From Spirochaetia bacterium (GTDB lineage: Bacteria > Spirochaetota > Spirochaetia > UBA9216), in contig OZ223270.1 of NCBI GenBank assembly GCA_965140585.1, positions 320,001-384,000 on the forward strand: a stretch of DNA of 64,000 nucleotides, in the 5' to 3' direction. Below, one piece after another: positions 19,094 through 28,980 of the stretch. The position numbers and the translations under genes are program-made. The stretch's first letter is position 1. Every line of letters starts with the position of its first letter. Under the pieces are notes generated by a model that did not search any database, was not told where the DNA came from, and saw only the letters and a program-made list of their open reading frames with translations.

Positions 19094-21064
19094 TTATTTT
19101 TCTATAAGCGCCTTGAGGTATGGTGCTGTAAAATGGAAGTGCTCGGCAACCTTTGCTGCAGGTCCTGATTCACCGAATCTTTCGATGCAGAACATATCAT
19201 CAGCTGAAGTCGCAAGTTTTTCCCATCCGTATGAGCTTCCTGCTTCAGCGGCAATAACTCTGCAGCCCGGAGTTACTATTGAATCCCTGAAAGCCTTATC
19301 CTGCTTGAGGAAGGTTCCAAGATCCGAGATGGATACAACTCTTACTTTCTTTGATGAACCTTCTGCGGCTTCTACAGCAAGTGAAACCTCAGAACCGGTT
19401 GCAACAACAATTACATCAGGTGTTCCGTCACAGTCAACGGCCACGTATCCGCCCTTTCTATAGTTTGTTTTCCAGTTTTTATCGGCCTTTTCATAAACCT
19501 TGAGGTTCTGCCTTGTAAGAGCGATTGATGTAGGTCCGTCTTTTTTCTCGATAGCCATCTGCCATGCTACGTTTGTTTCTTCCGCATCTCCGGGTCTGAG
19601 CGCCTGAAGGTTCGGAATAACACGGAGCGATGCCATATGCTCAATCGGCTGATGTGTAGGTCCGTCTTCACCGACAAAGATTGAATCATGAGTGAAAACC
19701 CATACTGAGGGGATTCCCATGAGTGCTGCAAGCCTGATTGGCGGTCTCATATAGTCGGCAAATACGAGGAATGTTGCACCGTAGGATCTGAGTCCGCCGT
19801 GAAGAACCATACCGTTTACGATACCGCCCATTCCGTGTTCCCTGATTCCAAAGTGAAGGTTTCTTCCGCTTCTGTCTGTTTTGGAATAATCGCCCATTCC
19901 CTTGAGAACTGTCTTGTTTGAAGGACCGAGGTCAGCAGAACCTCCGTAGAGGTTTGGAATTGCAGCTGCTACAGCATTTATTGCCTTTTCACCGGCCACA
20001 CGGGTAGCAACACTGTCGCCGGCCTTATACTCGGGCATTGCAGAATCGGCAACGCTTAAATCCTCTTTAAACCACTGATCCCATTCGGCCTTGAGAGCTG
20101 CATTTTCACTGCTCCAGTTTTTGAAAGCATCCTGCCATGCATCATATGCAGAAGCACAGCGCTTTTTAACATCGTTGAAGTATGATAGCGCATCCGGATC
20201 AACATAGAAATCCTGATCCTCAGGGATTCCGAGTTTTTTTCTAGTAGCAACAATTTCTTCCTGGCCGAGCGGTGCGCCGTGGGTGTTATGATCGCCTTCC
20301 ATGTTGGCTGAACCCTTTCCGATAATGCCTTTCATAATAACCAGAGTCGGTTTTCCTGTTTCAGCCTTTGCCTTTTCAACTGCGGCATAGAGCTCATCAA
20401 CGTTGAATGCATCAGCATTGAGAACCTGCCAGCCGTAGGCTTCGAATCTCTTGCCAACATCTTCTGAAAAAGCGATATCAGTATCACCTTCGATAGTGAT
20501 TCCGTTTGAGTCGTAGAACATAATAAGCTTGCCAAGACCAAGATGGCCGGCAAGGGAAGCCGCTTCAGATGAAACGCCTTCCATAAGACAGCCATCGCCA
20601 TTAATAACATAGGTATAATGGTCGATAACCTTATGCTTATCGGTGTTGAACTTTTTGGCCAGAATGGTCTCGGCCATTGCCAGACCTACTGCATTGCTGA
20701 TACCGGCACCAAGCGGTCCGGTTGTTGTATCAACACCTTCGGTATAATTATATTCAGGATGACCCGGAGTCATTGAGCCAAGCTGCCTGAAGTTTTTCAG
20801 GTCATCCAGAGTTACCTTGAATCCTGCAAGATGCAGAATAGAATAGAGAAGCATTGAACCGTGTCCCGCAGAGAGGACGAACCTGTCTCTGTTGATCCAT
20901 TTCGGATCTGCAGGGTTGTAGTTCATTACTTCACCGTAAAGAACTGAGGCTACCTCAGCGTTACCCATCGGCATTCCGGGATGTCCCGAGTTAGCCTTCT
21001 GTACGGCATCCATTGCAAGAGCTCTTATACTCTTTGCTGATGCACTTAATCCTTTGTTATTCAT
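19094..21064 (-). CDS. tkt: Transketolase
   Basis: NSGHPGMPMG, RDRFVLSAGHGS, TTGPLG, GDGCLMEG, GSADL, FGIREH and GEDGPTHQP motifs. Confidence 0.97.
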   Translation of the reverse strand: MNNKGLSASAKSIRALAMDAVQKANSGHPGMPMGNAEVASVLYGEVMNYNPADPKWINRDRFVLSAGHGSMLLYSILHLAGFKVTLDDLKNFRQLGSMTPGHPEYNYTEGVDTTTGPLGAGISNAVGLAMAETILAKKFNTDKHKVIDHYTYVINGDGCLMEGVSSEAASLAGHLGLGKLIMFYDSNGITIEGDTDIAFSEDVGKRFEAYGWQVLNADAFNVDELYAAVEKAKAETGKPTLVIMKGIIGKGSANMEGDHNTHGAPLGQEEIVATRKKLGIPEDQDFYVDPDALSYFNDVKKRCASAYDAWQDAFKNWSSENAALKAEWDQWFKEDLSVADSAMPEYKAGDSVATRVAGEKAINAVAAAIPNLYGGSADLGPSNKTVLKGMGDYSKTDRSGRNLHFGIREHGMGGIVNGMVLHGGLRSYGATFLVFADYMRPPIRLAALMGIPSVWVFTHDSIFVGEDGPTHQPIEHMASLRVIPNLQALRPGDAEETNVAWQMAIEKKDGPTSIALTRQNLKVYEKADKNWKTNYRKGGYVAVDCDGTPDVIVVATGSEVSLAVEAAEGSSKKVRVVSISDLGTFLKQDKAFRDSIVTPGCRVIAAEAGSSYGWEKLATSADDMFCIERFGESGPAAKVAEHFHFTAPYLKALIEK

Positions 21065-21088
21065 TTTTCACCTCGTTTTGTGAGCTGC

Positions 21089-23134
21089 TTATTTCATCAT
21101 TACTGCCGCAGTAGGACAGACCTTGACGCATTCTCCGCAGCCGTCACATGTCGTATTAACCAGAGACTTGCCAAAAGGAGCCCGCATCCTTGTAACAAAA
21201 CCTCTGTTTACATAGGCCAGAACATCCAGCCCCTTTACTTCGGCACATGCACGCACACAGCTTCCGCAGTTGATACATTTACCGAATTCCATTTTAACAA
21301 GTTCATGAGTTCTGTCGACCTCATATTCCCTTCTTTCACCAAGGAAGTAGGACTGATCAGCACCGTAACGGCCCGAGTAGTCACGAAGCTTACAGTCATC
21401 TGCGGAATCACATCCGCATTTAAGACAGCGTTCGGCTTCCTTTCTGGCAAGTTCAGTACTGAAACCGGTCTCGATCTCTGTGAAAGTTGTATTTCTGGTT
21501 TTATCATCAATAAGAGGCATTTCGATCTTTGCCTGCTTTTCATAACCTTCGAAGAGCTTTTCGCTTACATCCTTGAGTTCACCCATCTTCGAGTTGAACA
21601 GTACAGGTTCACCTGTAACAGCTTCTCCGGCAAGGAACTGATTGATAGAGTAGGCAGCCTTTCTTCCGGCTCCAACTGCCCTTACGGCAATATCTGCACC
21701 GGTCTGACAGTCTCCGCAGGCAAAAACGCCGGGGCGTCCGGTCATATAGGTTTTTTCATCAGTTAGGATTGAACCCCATCTTGTAAGCTCTATTCCAAGC
21801 TCTGCGACAGACTCGGGAACGACCTTCTGGCCGATTGCTCCTATAACCGCGGATGCTTCAATTTTAAACTCTGAGCCCTTGATCTGAACAGGACTTCGGC
21901 GGCCACTTGCGTCAGGTTCACCGAGTTCCATTCTGATGCACTCAACCATCAGCTTGTTGCCCTCTTTGGAAATACCGACCGGAGCTGCAAGGTATTCTAT
22001 GTTTACGCCTTCATGAAGTGCTTCATCGATTTCAAAGTCGCTTGCAGGCATTTCAGCACGTGTTCTTCTGTAGAGGATGGTTACGTTCGCGCCCTTTCTG
22101 AGAGCAGATCGGGCAACATCGATAGCGGTATTTCCGCCTCCGACAACAACAACATTTGAGCCGACATCCGGGTCCTCATCCTCGGCAAGCTGACCAAGGT
22201 ATTCGATACCGGAAAGTACGCCGGGAAGATCTTCACCGGGAACCCTGATTGATGAGGCACCCTGAGCACCGATAGCAAGCAGAACTGAGTCGAACTCTTT
22301 TTCAAGATCTTTTGCACTGATGTCCTTGCCTACTGTTGTTTCGTATTTTACTGTTGCACCCATATCCTCTACAACACCGAGTTCGTCCATCAGGACTTCA
22401 TCCGGAAGTCTGTAATATGGAATACCATAGCGGAGCATACCGCCTGATTTTTTATGTGATTCGAACACAGTTACATTGTGGCCGTTGAGCCTTAAAAAGT
22501 ATGCGGCCGACATACCTGCAGGACCGGCACCGATAACTGCGACTTTCTTGCCAGTTGATGCTGCAGGAGAGGGAATCGAACGCTTGCCCAGTTCCTTCTT
22601 CTCAAAGTCGGAGATGTAGCGCTTCATGTAGCAGATGGACATAGCATCTTCCACACGGTTTCTGCGGCAGGCATCTTCACAGGGTCTTGGACATATTCGG
22701 CCGAGAATTCCCGGAATGGGGGCTTTTTCCCTGATTAGTTTTGCGGCTTCGAGTTCCTTACCCTCTGCAACAAGACCCATAAAGCCCTTGATGTCGATTG
22801 ATGAGGGACATGCATCCTCACAGGGAGGGAGACAGTCACCGCAGTGGTCGGAAAGAAGCAGGTTCAGACACATGCGTCTGGCTGCGTCGATTTCTTCTGA
22901 TTCAACAGTTACCACCATTCCGTCTCTGACCTTGGTTGCACAGGAAGGTACAAGGTTTCCCTTTCCACCCTCAACCTTTACCGCACAGATAAAGCAGCTT
23001 GTAAAAGGTTTGAGGTTTTCGGCATGACAGAATGTCGGAACGTCAAATCCGGCTGTTCTGGCGGCTTCAAGGATTGTGGAATCCGGCGCCACCTTTACTT
23101 CTATATCATTTATCTTAACTGAAACTTCAGACAT
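21089..23134 (-). CDS. Fe-S flavoprotein: NuoG/HydA-like N-terminal Fe-S domains with an inserted GltD/NfnB-like FAD/NADPH domain (StnC/NsoC-like, short form)
   Basis: PTFCH...CFICAV...SC 2Fe-2S motif; PPCEDACP, GRICPRPCE, GAGPAG, GGGNTAID, YRRT; C-terminal CINCGSCVRAC and CDGCGECVKVCP; no H-cluster or Mo domain. Confidence 0.8.
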   Translation of the reverse strand: MSEVSVKINDIEVKVAPDSTILEAARTAGFDVPTFCHAENLKPFTSCFICAVKVEGGKGNLVPSCATKVRDGMVVTVESEEIDAARRMCLNLLLSDHCGDCLPPCEDACPSSIDIKGFMGLVAEGKELEAAKLIREKAPIPGILGRICPRPCEDACRRNRVEDAMSICYMKRYISDFEKKELGKRSIPSPAASTGKKVAVIGAGPAGMSAAYFLRLNGHNVTVFESHKKSGGMLRYGIPYYRLPDEVLMDELGVVEDMGATVKYETTVGKDISAKDLEKEFDSVLLAIGAQGASSIRVPGEDLPGVLSGIEYLGQLAEDEDPDVGSNVVVVGGGNTAIDVARSALRKGANVTILYRRTRAEMPASDFEIDEALHEGVNIEYLAAPVGISKEGNKLMVECIRMELGEPDASGRRSPVQIKGSEFKIEASAVIGAIGQKVVPESVAELGIELTRWGSILTDEKTYMTGRPGVFACGDCQTGADIAVRAVGAGRKAAYSINQFLAGEAVTGEPVLFNSKMGELKDVSEKLFEGYEKQAKIEMPLIDDKTRNTTFTEIETGFSTELARKEAERCLKCGCDSADDCKLRDYSGRYGADQSYFLGERREYEVDRTHELVKMEFGKCINCGSCVRACAEVKGLDVLAYVNRGFVTRMRAPFGKSLVNTTCDGCGECVKVCPTAAVMMK

Positions 23135-23145
23135 TATTCTTACCT

Positions 23146-24903
23146 CTACTCCACATCGATGGCGTCAAACTTACAGGTGTCACGGCAGATACCGCATTTA
23201 ACGCATTTTTCAGGATCAATAAAATGAACACCCTTTCTTTCGCCGCTGATACACTTGGTAGGACAGGCCTTTGCACAGGCTGTACAACCGATACATTTAT
23301 CCGCATTCACTGTGAACTTGATAAGCGGCTTACAAACTCCGGCCGGACATTTCTTGTCGAAGATGTGGGCTTCATACTCATCTCTGAAGTACTTCAGGGT
23401 TGTGAGAACCGGGTTCGGCGCAAGCTGTCCCAGACCGCAGAGTGATGTCTTGTTGATATGTCCTGCAAGCTCTTCAAGCAGGGTAATATCACGTTCAACA
23501 CCCTTACCCTCGGTAATCCTTGTGAGAATTTCGAGCATTCGCTTTGTTCCGATTCGGCAGAAGGTACACTTACCGCAGCTTTCTTTCTGGGTAAAATTTA
23601 AAAAGTACCTTGCAACATCCACCATACAGGTCTGGTCGTCCATAACAACCATACCGCCGGAACCCATGATAGCACCGGTAGCGTTAATTGCATCATAGTC
23701 GATGGGTGTATCAAAGAGGCTTTCAGGAATACATCCGCCTGCAGGCCCGCCCATCTGGACAGCCTTTATAGGCCTTCCGGTTGAACTTCCGCCGCCGATT
23801 TCTTCAATTACCTCACGAAGCGTAAGCCCCATTGGAACTTCTACAAGTCCTACTCTTTTAATCTTTCCTGCAAGAGCAAAAACCTTGGTTCCGACACTCT
23901 TTTCGTAGGAGTATTTGTTAAAAGCCGAAGGCCCCTCACGCAGAATGAAAGGAACGTTCGAATATGTTTCTACGTTATTTATGTTAGTTGGCTTCTTATT
24001 GATACCTGCTTCAGCTGGAAAGGGGGGTCTGAGAGCCGGCATTCCGCGACGGCCTTCAATTGAAGCCATGAGAGCGGTTTCTTCACCGCATACAAATGCT
24101 CCTGCACCTTCCTTAACCTTGAGATGAAAGGAAAAGTCTGTTCCGAGGATGTTATCACCCATCAGGTTCTTCGCTTCCGCATCCTTAATTGCAATTTTAA
24201 GTCTCTTGATTGCAAGGGGATATTCAGCACGGCAGTAAACGTAACCGTAGCTTGCGCCTGTTGAATAGGCGGCAATAAGCATACCCTCGATTACTGCATG
24301 CGGGTCGCCCTCAAGCACTGCCCGGTCCATAAACGCACCGGGGTCGCCCTCATCGGCGTTACAGACCAGATACTTTGGCTCGTTCTTTGCGCCTGCAAGA
24401 AATGACCACTTAAGACCGGTAGTAAAACCCGCACCGCCGCGGCCTCTGAGGCCTGATTCCTTGACAGCTTCGATAACCTCTGCCGGCTTCATGGTTTTAA
24501 CGCACTTTTCAATTGCAGAATAACCGCCTGCAGCTATGTAGTCATCAATGCTTTCGGGATTAATAACACCGCAGTTTTTAAGAGCGATTTTCACCTGACG
24601 ATCCAGGTATTTTTTACCGGTTTCATCTTCTTTAATCCTGTTTTCAACAGGAAGATCTTCAAAATTATTTTTTACAGCTTCGATAAGCCTTTCAGTAAAC
24701 TTTGCATCAACATTACCGTACATAATCCGTTCGGTACCGTTGTCCAGTTCCACTATCGGCTCAGCGTAGCACATTCCTACACATGAAGTAACACTGAGTT
24801 CCGTACTCAGTTCAGCCTTTTCAAGCTGTTCATATACAGCCTTCGCACCTGCAGCAATACCGCAGGAGCCCATTCCTACTATTACCCTGCTGTTATTTAC
24901 CAT
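23146..24903 (-). CDS. NADH-binding FMN/Fe-S subunit, NuoF/HydB/BfuB family
   Basis: LRGRGGAGF, NADEGDPGAFMDR, GAFVCGEETAL, ESCGKCTFCR, CPAGVC and two C-terminal 4Fe-4S motifs; start at ATG 24903 overlapping the upstream gene end. Confidence 0.92.
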   Translation of the reverse strand: MVNNSRVIVGMGSCGIAAGAKAVYEQLEKAELSTELSVTSCVGMCYAEPIVELDNGTERIMYGNVDAKFTERLIEAVKNNFEDLPVENRIKEDETGKKYLDRQVKIALKNCGVINPESIDDYIAAGGYSAIEKCVKTMKPAEVIEAVKESGLRGRGGAGFTTGLKWSFLAGAKNEPKYLVCNADEGDPGAFMDRAVLEGDPHAVIEGMLIAAYSTGASYGYVYCRAEYPLAIKRLKIAIKDAEAKNLMGDNILGTDFSFHLKVKEGAGAFVCGEETALMASIEGRRGMPALRPPFPAEAGINKKPTNINNVETYSNVPFILREGPSAFNKYSYEKSVGTKVFALAGKIKRVGLVEVPMGLTLREVIEEIGGGSSTGRPIKAVQMGGPAGGCIPESLFDTPIDYDAINATGAIMGSGGMVVMDDQTCMVDVARYFLNFTQKESCGKCTFCRIGTKRMLEILTRITEGKGVERDITLLEELAGHINKTSLCGLGQLAPNPVLTTLKYFRDEYEAHIFDKKCPAGVCKPLIKFTVNADKCIGCTACAKACPTKCISGERKGVHFIDPEKCVKCGICRDTCKFDAIDVE

Positions 24904-25378
24904 TGGCGTATTCCTCAAGAATTTTTGTCATTTTGGCGGGTGTGAGCTTTCCATAGATGTTGTCATTTATCATAACAACCGGAGCAAGCGAACAGCATCC
25001 CAAACAGGCTACAGATTCAACTGTGAACATGCCGTCTTCTGTTGTTTCACCCTCATCCACTTTTAGATTTTCAGTGATAATGGAAAACACCTTTTCGGCT
25101 CCTGCTACGTGGCAGGCAGTCCCTTTACATACTTTCACGAGATATTTACCCATAGGTGTAAAACGGAACTGCGAGTAAAAAGTTGCTACTCCATAGAGCC
25201 TTGAAACAGGGAGATTAACTTCCGCGGCTACAGCTTCCACAAGTTCCTGTGAAAGATAACCGTGCCGGACCTGAATTTCCTGTAAAAGAGGAATTACCTT
25301 CTCCGGTTCAGAACCGACTTTCTGGACGATTTCGCGGGCTTCCTCTACGATTGCGTTTCCGCAGTCAGCACAAGACAT
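24893..25378 (-). CDS. 2Fe-2S subunit, NuoE/HydC/BfuC family
   Basis: YGVATFYSQF, VCKGTACH and CLGCCSLAPV motifs; AAGGAGG RBS; TTGAAA-17-TACACT promoter upstream. Confidence 0.92.
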   Translation of the reverse strand: MSCADCGNAIVEEAREIVQKVGSEPEKVIPLLQEIQVRHGYLSQELVEAVAAEVNLPVSRLYGVATFYSQFRFTPMGKYLVKVCKGTACHVAGAEKVFSIITENLKVDEGETTEDGMFTVESVACLGCCSLAPVVMINDNIYGKLTPAKMTKILEEYANGK

Positions 25379-25469
25379 ATGCCCTCCTTTCTCTTAGATA
25401 TAATATTTGGGGACTGGTTAGTGTACCGTAACTATATAAAAGTTTCAAATTTTATTCTATAATTGAGGC

Positions 25470-25505
25470 ATGGAAAATAAAAACATTAGTATGGATATAA
25501 AATGA
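25470..25505 (+). CDS. Putative 11-aa leaderless uORF (MENKNISMDIK) overlapping the NYN gene start
   Basis: TATAAT (25458-25463), 6 nt, ATG 25470; its TGA overlaps ATG 25502 as ATGA. Confidence 0.4.
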   Translation: MENKNISMDIK

Positions 25506-26530
25506 AGGAATCTATAGCAATTCTATGGGATATTGAGAACGTTACCCCGCGTTCAGACTCACTTTTTGTGAATGGACTAATCGAATATGCAAACGACATC
25601 GGAAAGGTTTCGGTTGCAACAGCCTACGGAGACTGGGCCAGACCGCAGATTAGAAAGACATCAGAAGCGCTTGCCGAGCACTCCTTTGAAATGGTCCATG
25701 TTCCGACCAACAAGAAACAGAAAAACAGTGCTGATATGGCCCTGAGCACACACGCAGTTGAGCTCATCTATCAGTATCCTCATATAAGAAAACTGATACT
25801 GGTAACAGGCGATGCAGACTTCAGACCGCTGCTTCAGAGCCTTAGAAAGCATGGTATAGAAACAATAATTATCTGTGATTCACAATCTGCAAGTGAAGAC
25901 CTGCTGCTGCTTGCCGACGAGTACAAGGACTTCCGTGACCTTATTCCCGATCCGGATGAAGATTATCATGATACCAGCAGTACAAGCGCTGAGGTTGAAA
26001 AACACGCCATCAGCCTTCCCGAGGCAGTAAACCTGCTTAAGGAAGCAATAGTTCTGATGAACCGACGTAAAAAGCTCACTACAATGGGCGCGGTCAAAAT
26101 CAGGATGAAACTGCTCAACGATACATTCGATGAAAACCGGCTTGGGTTCAAAACCTGGAAAAAATTTATTCTATTTGCTGAACAGCAGAAAGCCATCGAA
26201 CTGGAACATACCGAGAACGACGTAATCCTGAGACTACCCGAATCGGACAGCAGGGAAGTTGAAACACAGGGAGTCCGCCTGCCGCAGATCATGTACAACA
26301 TGCTCAAGGCAATCAGGGAAAGCAACCAGAAATCTGGCAAATCGCTTATCCCCTTCTCTACTGTAAATAACCGGATGCTTGAGCAGAATATAGACATCAA
26401 GAAATCGGGATATTCACAGATGAAGAAGCTTGTGCAGGATGCCGAGAAGCGCGGACTTGTCAGGGCTGAGAACCAGGGAAAGTTCTGGTATGTTGAAATG
26501 ACCGACGACGGATCCGCCTACTTTAAGTAG
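25502..26530 (+). CDS. NYN domain (LabA/DUF88, PIN-like) protein with C-terminal OST-HTH/LOTUS domains
   Basis: WDIENV, AYGDW, KNSADMAL, TGDADF; C-terminal FDENRLGFKTWKKF and DIKKSGYSQMKKL repeats. Confidence 0.88.
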   Translation: MKESIAILWDIENVTPRSDSLFVNGLIEYANDIGKVSVATAYGDWARPQIRKTSEALAEHSFEMVHVPTNKKQKNSADMALSTHAVELIYQYPHIRKLILVTGDADFRPLLQSLRKHGIETIIICDSQSASEDLLLLADEYKDFRDLIPDPDEDYHDTSSTSAEVEKHAISLPEAVNLLKEAIVLMNRRKKLTTMGAVKIRMKLLNDTFDENRLGFKTWKKFILFAEQQKAIELEHTENDVILRLPESDSREVETQGVRLPQIMYNMLKAIRESNQKSGKSLIPFSTVNNRMLEQNIDIKKSGYSQMKKLVQDAEKRGLVRAENQGKFWYVEMTDDGSAYFK

Positions 26531-26542
26531 ACGTTTTCCGGA

Positions 26543-27568
26543 TTAAAAAATAACATTCTGCTCCTGCACGGCCCGTTTAATCTGGTCGTGCTGAGTGTTC
26601 AGGTCTTCAATTTCCTTCTGCCAGAAGGCTCGGCTTCCCCAGTCGGGAAAATGCTGCTGAAACTTGTAGTCATGCCGCTGCGAACCGCACCAGCATAGAA
26701 AATAGATCATCCGCATTGCGCGCAGGGGTTCTATAAGCATCAGGGTTTCGGTGTTGAAAGACCGGAACTCCCGGTAGCCTTCAAGGATTAGGGCTATTTC
26801 CTTTCCTGAGTCAGGTGCATGATCGGGCAGTAGAAGCCAGAGATCCTGAACCGGCAGCGACATGGACATATCATCAAAATCTATCACCATAAGCCCCTCT
26901 CCGGGCCGTTCAAGAAGGTTGCCGCTGTGAAAGTCGCCGTGCACACGTATGAGTTCATCATTTCCGTACTCACTGAATAGGTTATCCACCGATTCCTGCA
27001 GTCTGGTGACAGAGGCCTCCAGATCTGCGTACAGTTCCTGCGGAACCCAGTCGGAGCCGAGAAGTTTATCAACATCAGCCGCAAAGCCTTCCGAAGCCGT
27101 AAGCGTAATACGGTTTTTAGCCTGGCGCTCAGAGCCTACGTTGTGAATCCTTGCCAGTAGTGAACCTACCCTGCCCCAGGCTTCCTCATCGGAGGATTCC
27201 CATAGGCGGCCTCCCTTGCGGGGAAATACGGCAAAGGGCATGCCTTCTATACGTCCAAGTGTAGGAGCTGAGGACTCATCCCCGTCGTCAACCAGACCGG
27301 TAAGTTTTAATGGGGCGGCGACAGGGATATCAGAAGCCTCACAGTCAAGGATGAAGCGGTGTTCCTCAAGAATGGCCTTATCGGACCAGCGTCCCGGACG
27401 GTAGAATTTTACGATATAATAATTTCCTTCATCATCCTTAAGCTCGAAAACGCGGTTGATGTAACTGGGCATGGGCTGGGTGTAGCCGGTAAGATCGATA
27501 TCAAGCCCGGCCTCTACAGCGTCGATTACAAGATCGGGTGACAGGTTTTCAAATTCCGATTTATTCAT
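26543..27568 (-). CDS. srkA: Stress response Ser/Thr kinase (SrkA/RdoA/YihE family)
   Basis: SYINRV, KFYRPGRWS, HGDFHSGN, DFDD, QDLWLLL, IEPLRAMR. Confidence 0.9.
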   Translation of the reverse strand: MNKSEFENLSPDLVIDAVEAGLDIDLTGYTQPMPSYINRVFELKDDEGNYYIVKFYRPGRWSDKAILEEHRFILDCEASDIPVAAPLKLTGLVDDGDESSAPTLGRIEGMPFAVFPRKGGRLWESSDEEAWGRVGSLLARIHNVGSERQAKNRITLTASEGFAADVDKLLGSDWVPQELYADLEASVTRLQESVDNLFSEYGNDELIRVHGDFHSGNLLERPGEGLMVIDFDDMSMSLPVQDLWLLLPDHAPDSGKEIALILEGYREFRSFNTETLMLIEPLRAMRMIYFLCWCGSQRHDYKFQQHFPDWGSRAFWQKEIEDLNTQHDQIKRAVQEQNVIF

Positions 27569-27615
27569 ACTGAAACAAGATAATAATTTGTATGAGTGTT
27601 ATCAAGCGGAAAGTA

Positions 27616-28815
27616 TCATGCGTTGAATTTAATAGTGCAGATAGTTCCTTTATCGTTCACAAGAGTAATTTCACCTTCCAGCTGACTCACCATCATATCT
27701 ATCAGAAACAATCCAAATCCGGACGTCTTCCTGGAAATATAATCTTCAGAAAGGCCCAGGCCGTTATCCCTGATCTCCAATATGACTTTCCCTTTAATCT
27801 GATGCATGCTTAATTCAATCTTTCCTGATTGTCTTCCAATAAATGCATATTTCATTGCGTTTGTTATCAGCTCATTCACGATAATCCCAATCAGAAACAG
27901 CTTTTTCACATCCATAGTAAAATCATCGATATGTTTTTCAAGCTTAATATTATGGACTTCTGAAAAAATTGCCATGACTGCCTGCAACAGATCTTCAAGA
28001 TAATCTTTGACTGAAACCTCATTGAAACTTTCGTTCAAAAGCATCTTCTGATACAGCTGCCCCATACTCTCAACTCTGCCAATCGCATCAAGAAGCGCCG
28101 ATTTGCCTTCTCCATCCGGCATATTATTTGCCTGAAGGCTCAGGAGGGTTTCGATATATACAAAATTATTCTTTATTCGGTGATGAACTTCACGTAGAAT
28201 TATTTCTTTCTGCTCCAGCTGCTGCCTAATTATAACTTCATCTTCCTTCACTTTAATCTGAGCCTGTTTATGAGCTGCCGACTCCTTTTCAAGCAGTATG
28301 TTGGAGTAGCTTAAATCTGATACCATTTTGAAAAATCTGACCAGGAAAGACATCAGATCATCAACATACTCTCTGCTATACCGGGGAACCCTATGAAGCG
28401 CATCGAGATAAAGATCTCTGTCGAAGCCGTATTCTTCTGCCTGCTTGATAAAAACATCCTCATCTACAACATCTTCTTCATAGAAAAACTGTCCCGTAAA
28501 AATGTTTCCTATGTGTTTTCCACCAATATACAGCGGCGTTACAACATCCCAGAGACCGTTTTTACATTTATACGACGCGACTTCGCCCGGTTTGATTCTG
28601 CTGGACAGGTTAAGATCACTTTCAATACAGTTTTTTGCTGATTTATCATTAATCCTGTGAAACTTTGTGCATATATCCTGCCACCCGGTTGCAACAAGAA
28701 TATTTCCTTTTATATCCAGAAGTGCAGAAACCATACCGGTAAATTTATACAGGAGCTCCATAACAGACTGAATTTCTTCACGATTTATAATTTCTTCGAG
28801 ATTGATTTCATCCAT
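27616..28815 (-). CDS. Cytoplasmic histidine kinase, PocR sensor plus HisKA_2/HATPase
   Basis: GWQDICTKFHR...C..SD and YKCKNGL PocR motifs; EVHHRIKNNF, NELITNAMKYAF, DNGLG, GFGL. Confidence 0.88.
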   Translation of the reverse strand: MDEINLEEIINREEIQSVMELLYKFTGMVSALLDIKGNILVATGWQDICTKFHRINDKSAKNCIESDLNLSSRIKPGEVASYKCKNGLWDVVTPLYIGGKHIGNIFTGQFFYEEDVVDEDVFIKQAEEYGFDRDLYLDALHRVPRYSREYVDDLMSFLVRFFKMVSDLSYSNILLEKESAAHKQAQIKVKEDEVIIRQQLEQKEIILREVHHRIKNNFVYIETLLSLQANNMPDGEGKSALLDAIGRVESMGQLYQKMLLNESFNEVSVKDYLEDLLQAVMAIFSEVHNIKLEKHIDDFTMDVKKLFLIGIIVNELITNAMKYAFIGRQSGKIELSMHQIKGKVILEIRDNGLGLSEDYISRKTSGFGLFLIDMMVSQLEGEITLVNDKGTICTIKFNA

Positions 28816-28892
28816 AATAACTAAAATAATAAAGGATTATGTCTTCAGATCAAATAGTAAGCATTGTTTTAATTTATTTCGTTAAAATATTA

Positions 28893-28950
28893 TTGACATT
28901 ATATAGAACTTATTATATATTACTAAAAGCAAATGTTGCTAAGCGCAAAT
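28893..28950 (+). promoter_or_regulatory. Sigma70 promoter plus tandem operator repeats upstream of the MarR operon
   Basis: TTGACA (28893), 17 nt, TATATT (28916); repeats TTACTAAAAGCAAAT (28920-28934) and TTGCTAAGCGCAAAT (28936-28950), 12/15 identical. Confidence 0.7.
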
Positions 28951-28980
28951 ATTTCATTATAATTACTATTGGAGAACATT

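Noticed and set aside
21089-25378. Calling the module an [FeFe]-hydrogenase, complex I or glutamate synthase
   Set aside because: No H-cluster motifs, no membrane nuo genes and no gltB in the window.
25502-27568. NYN nuclease plus kinase as a toxin-antitoxin or defence pair
   Set aside because: Convergent genes; the kinase is a typical SrkA and NYN-LOTUS proteins are widespread stand-alone genes.
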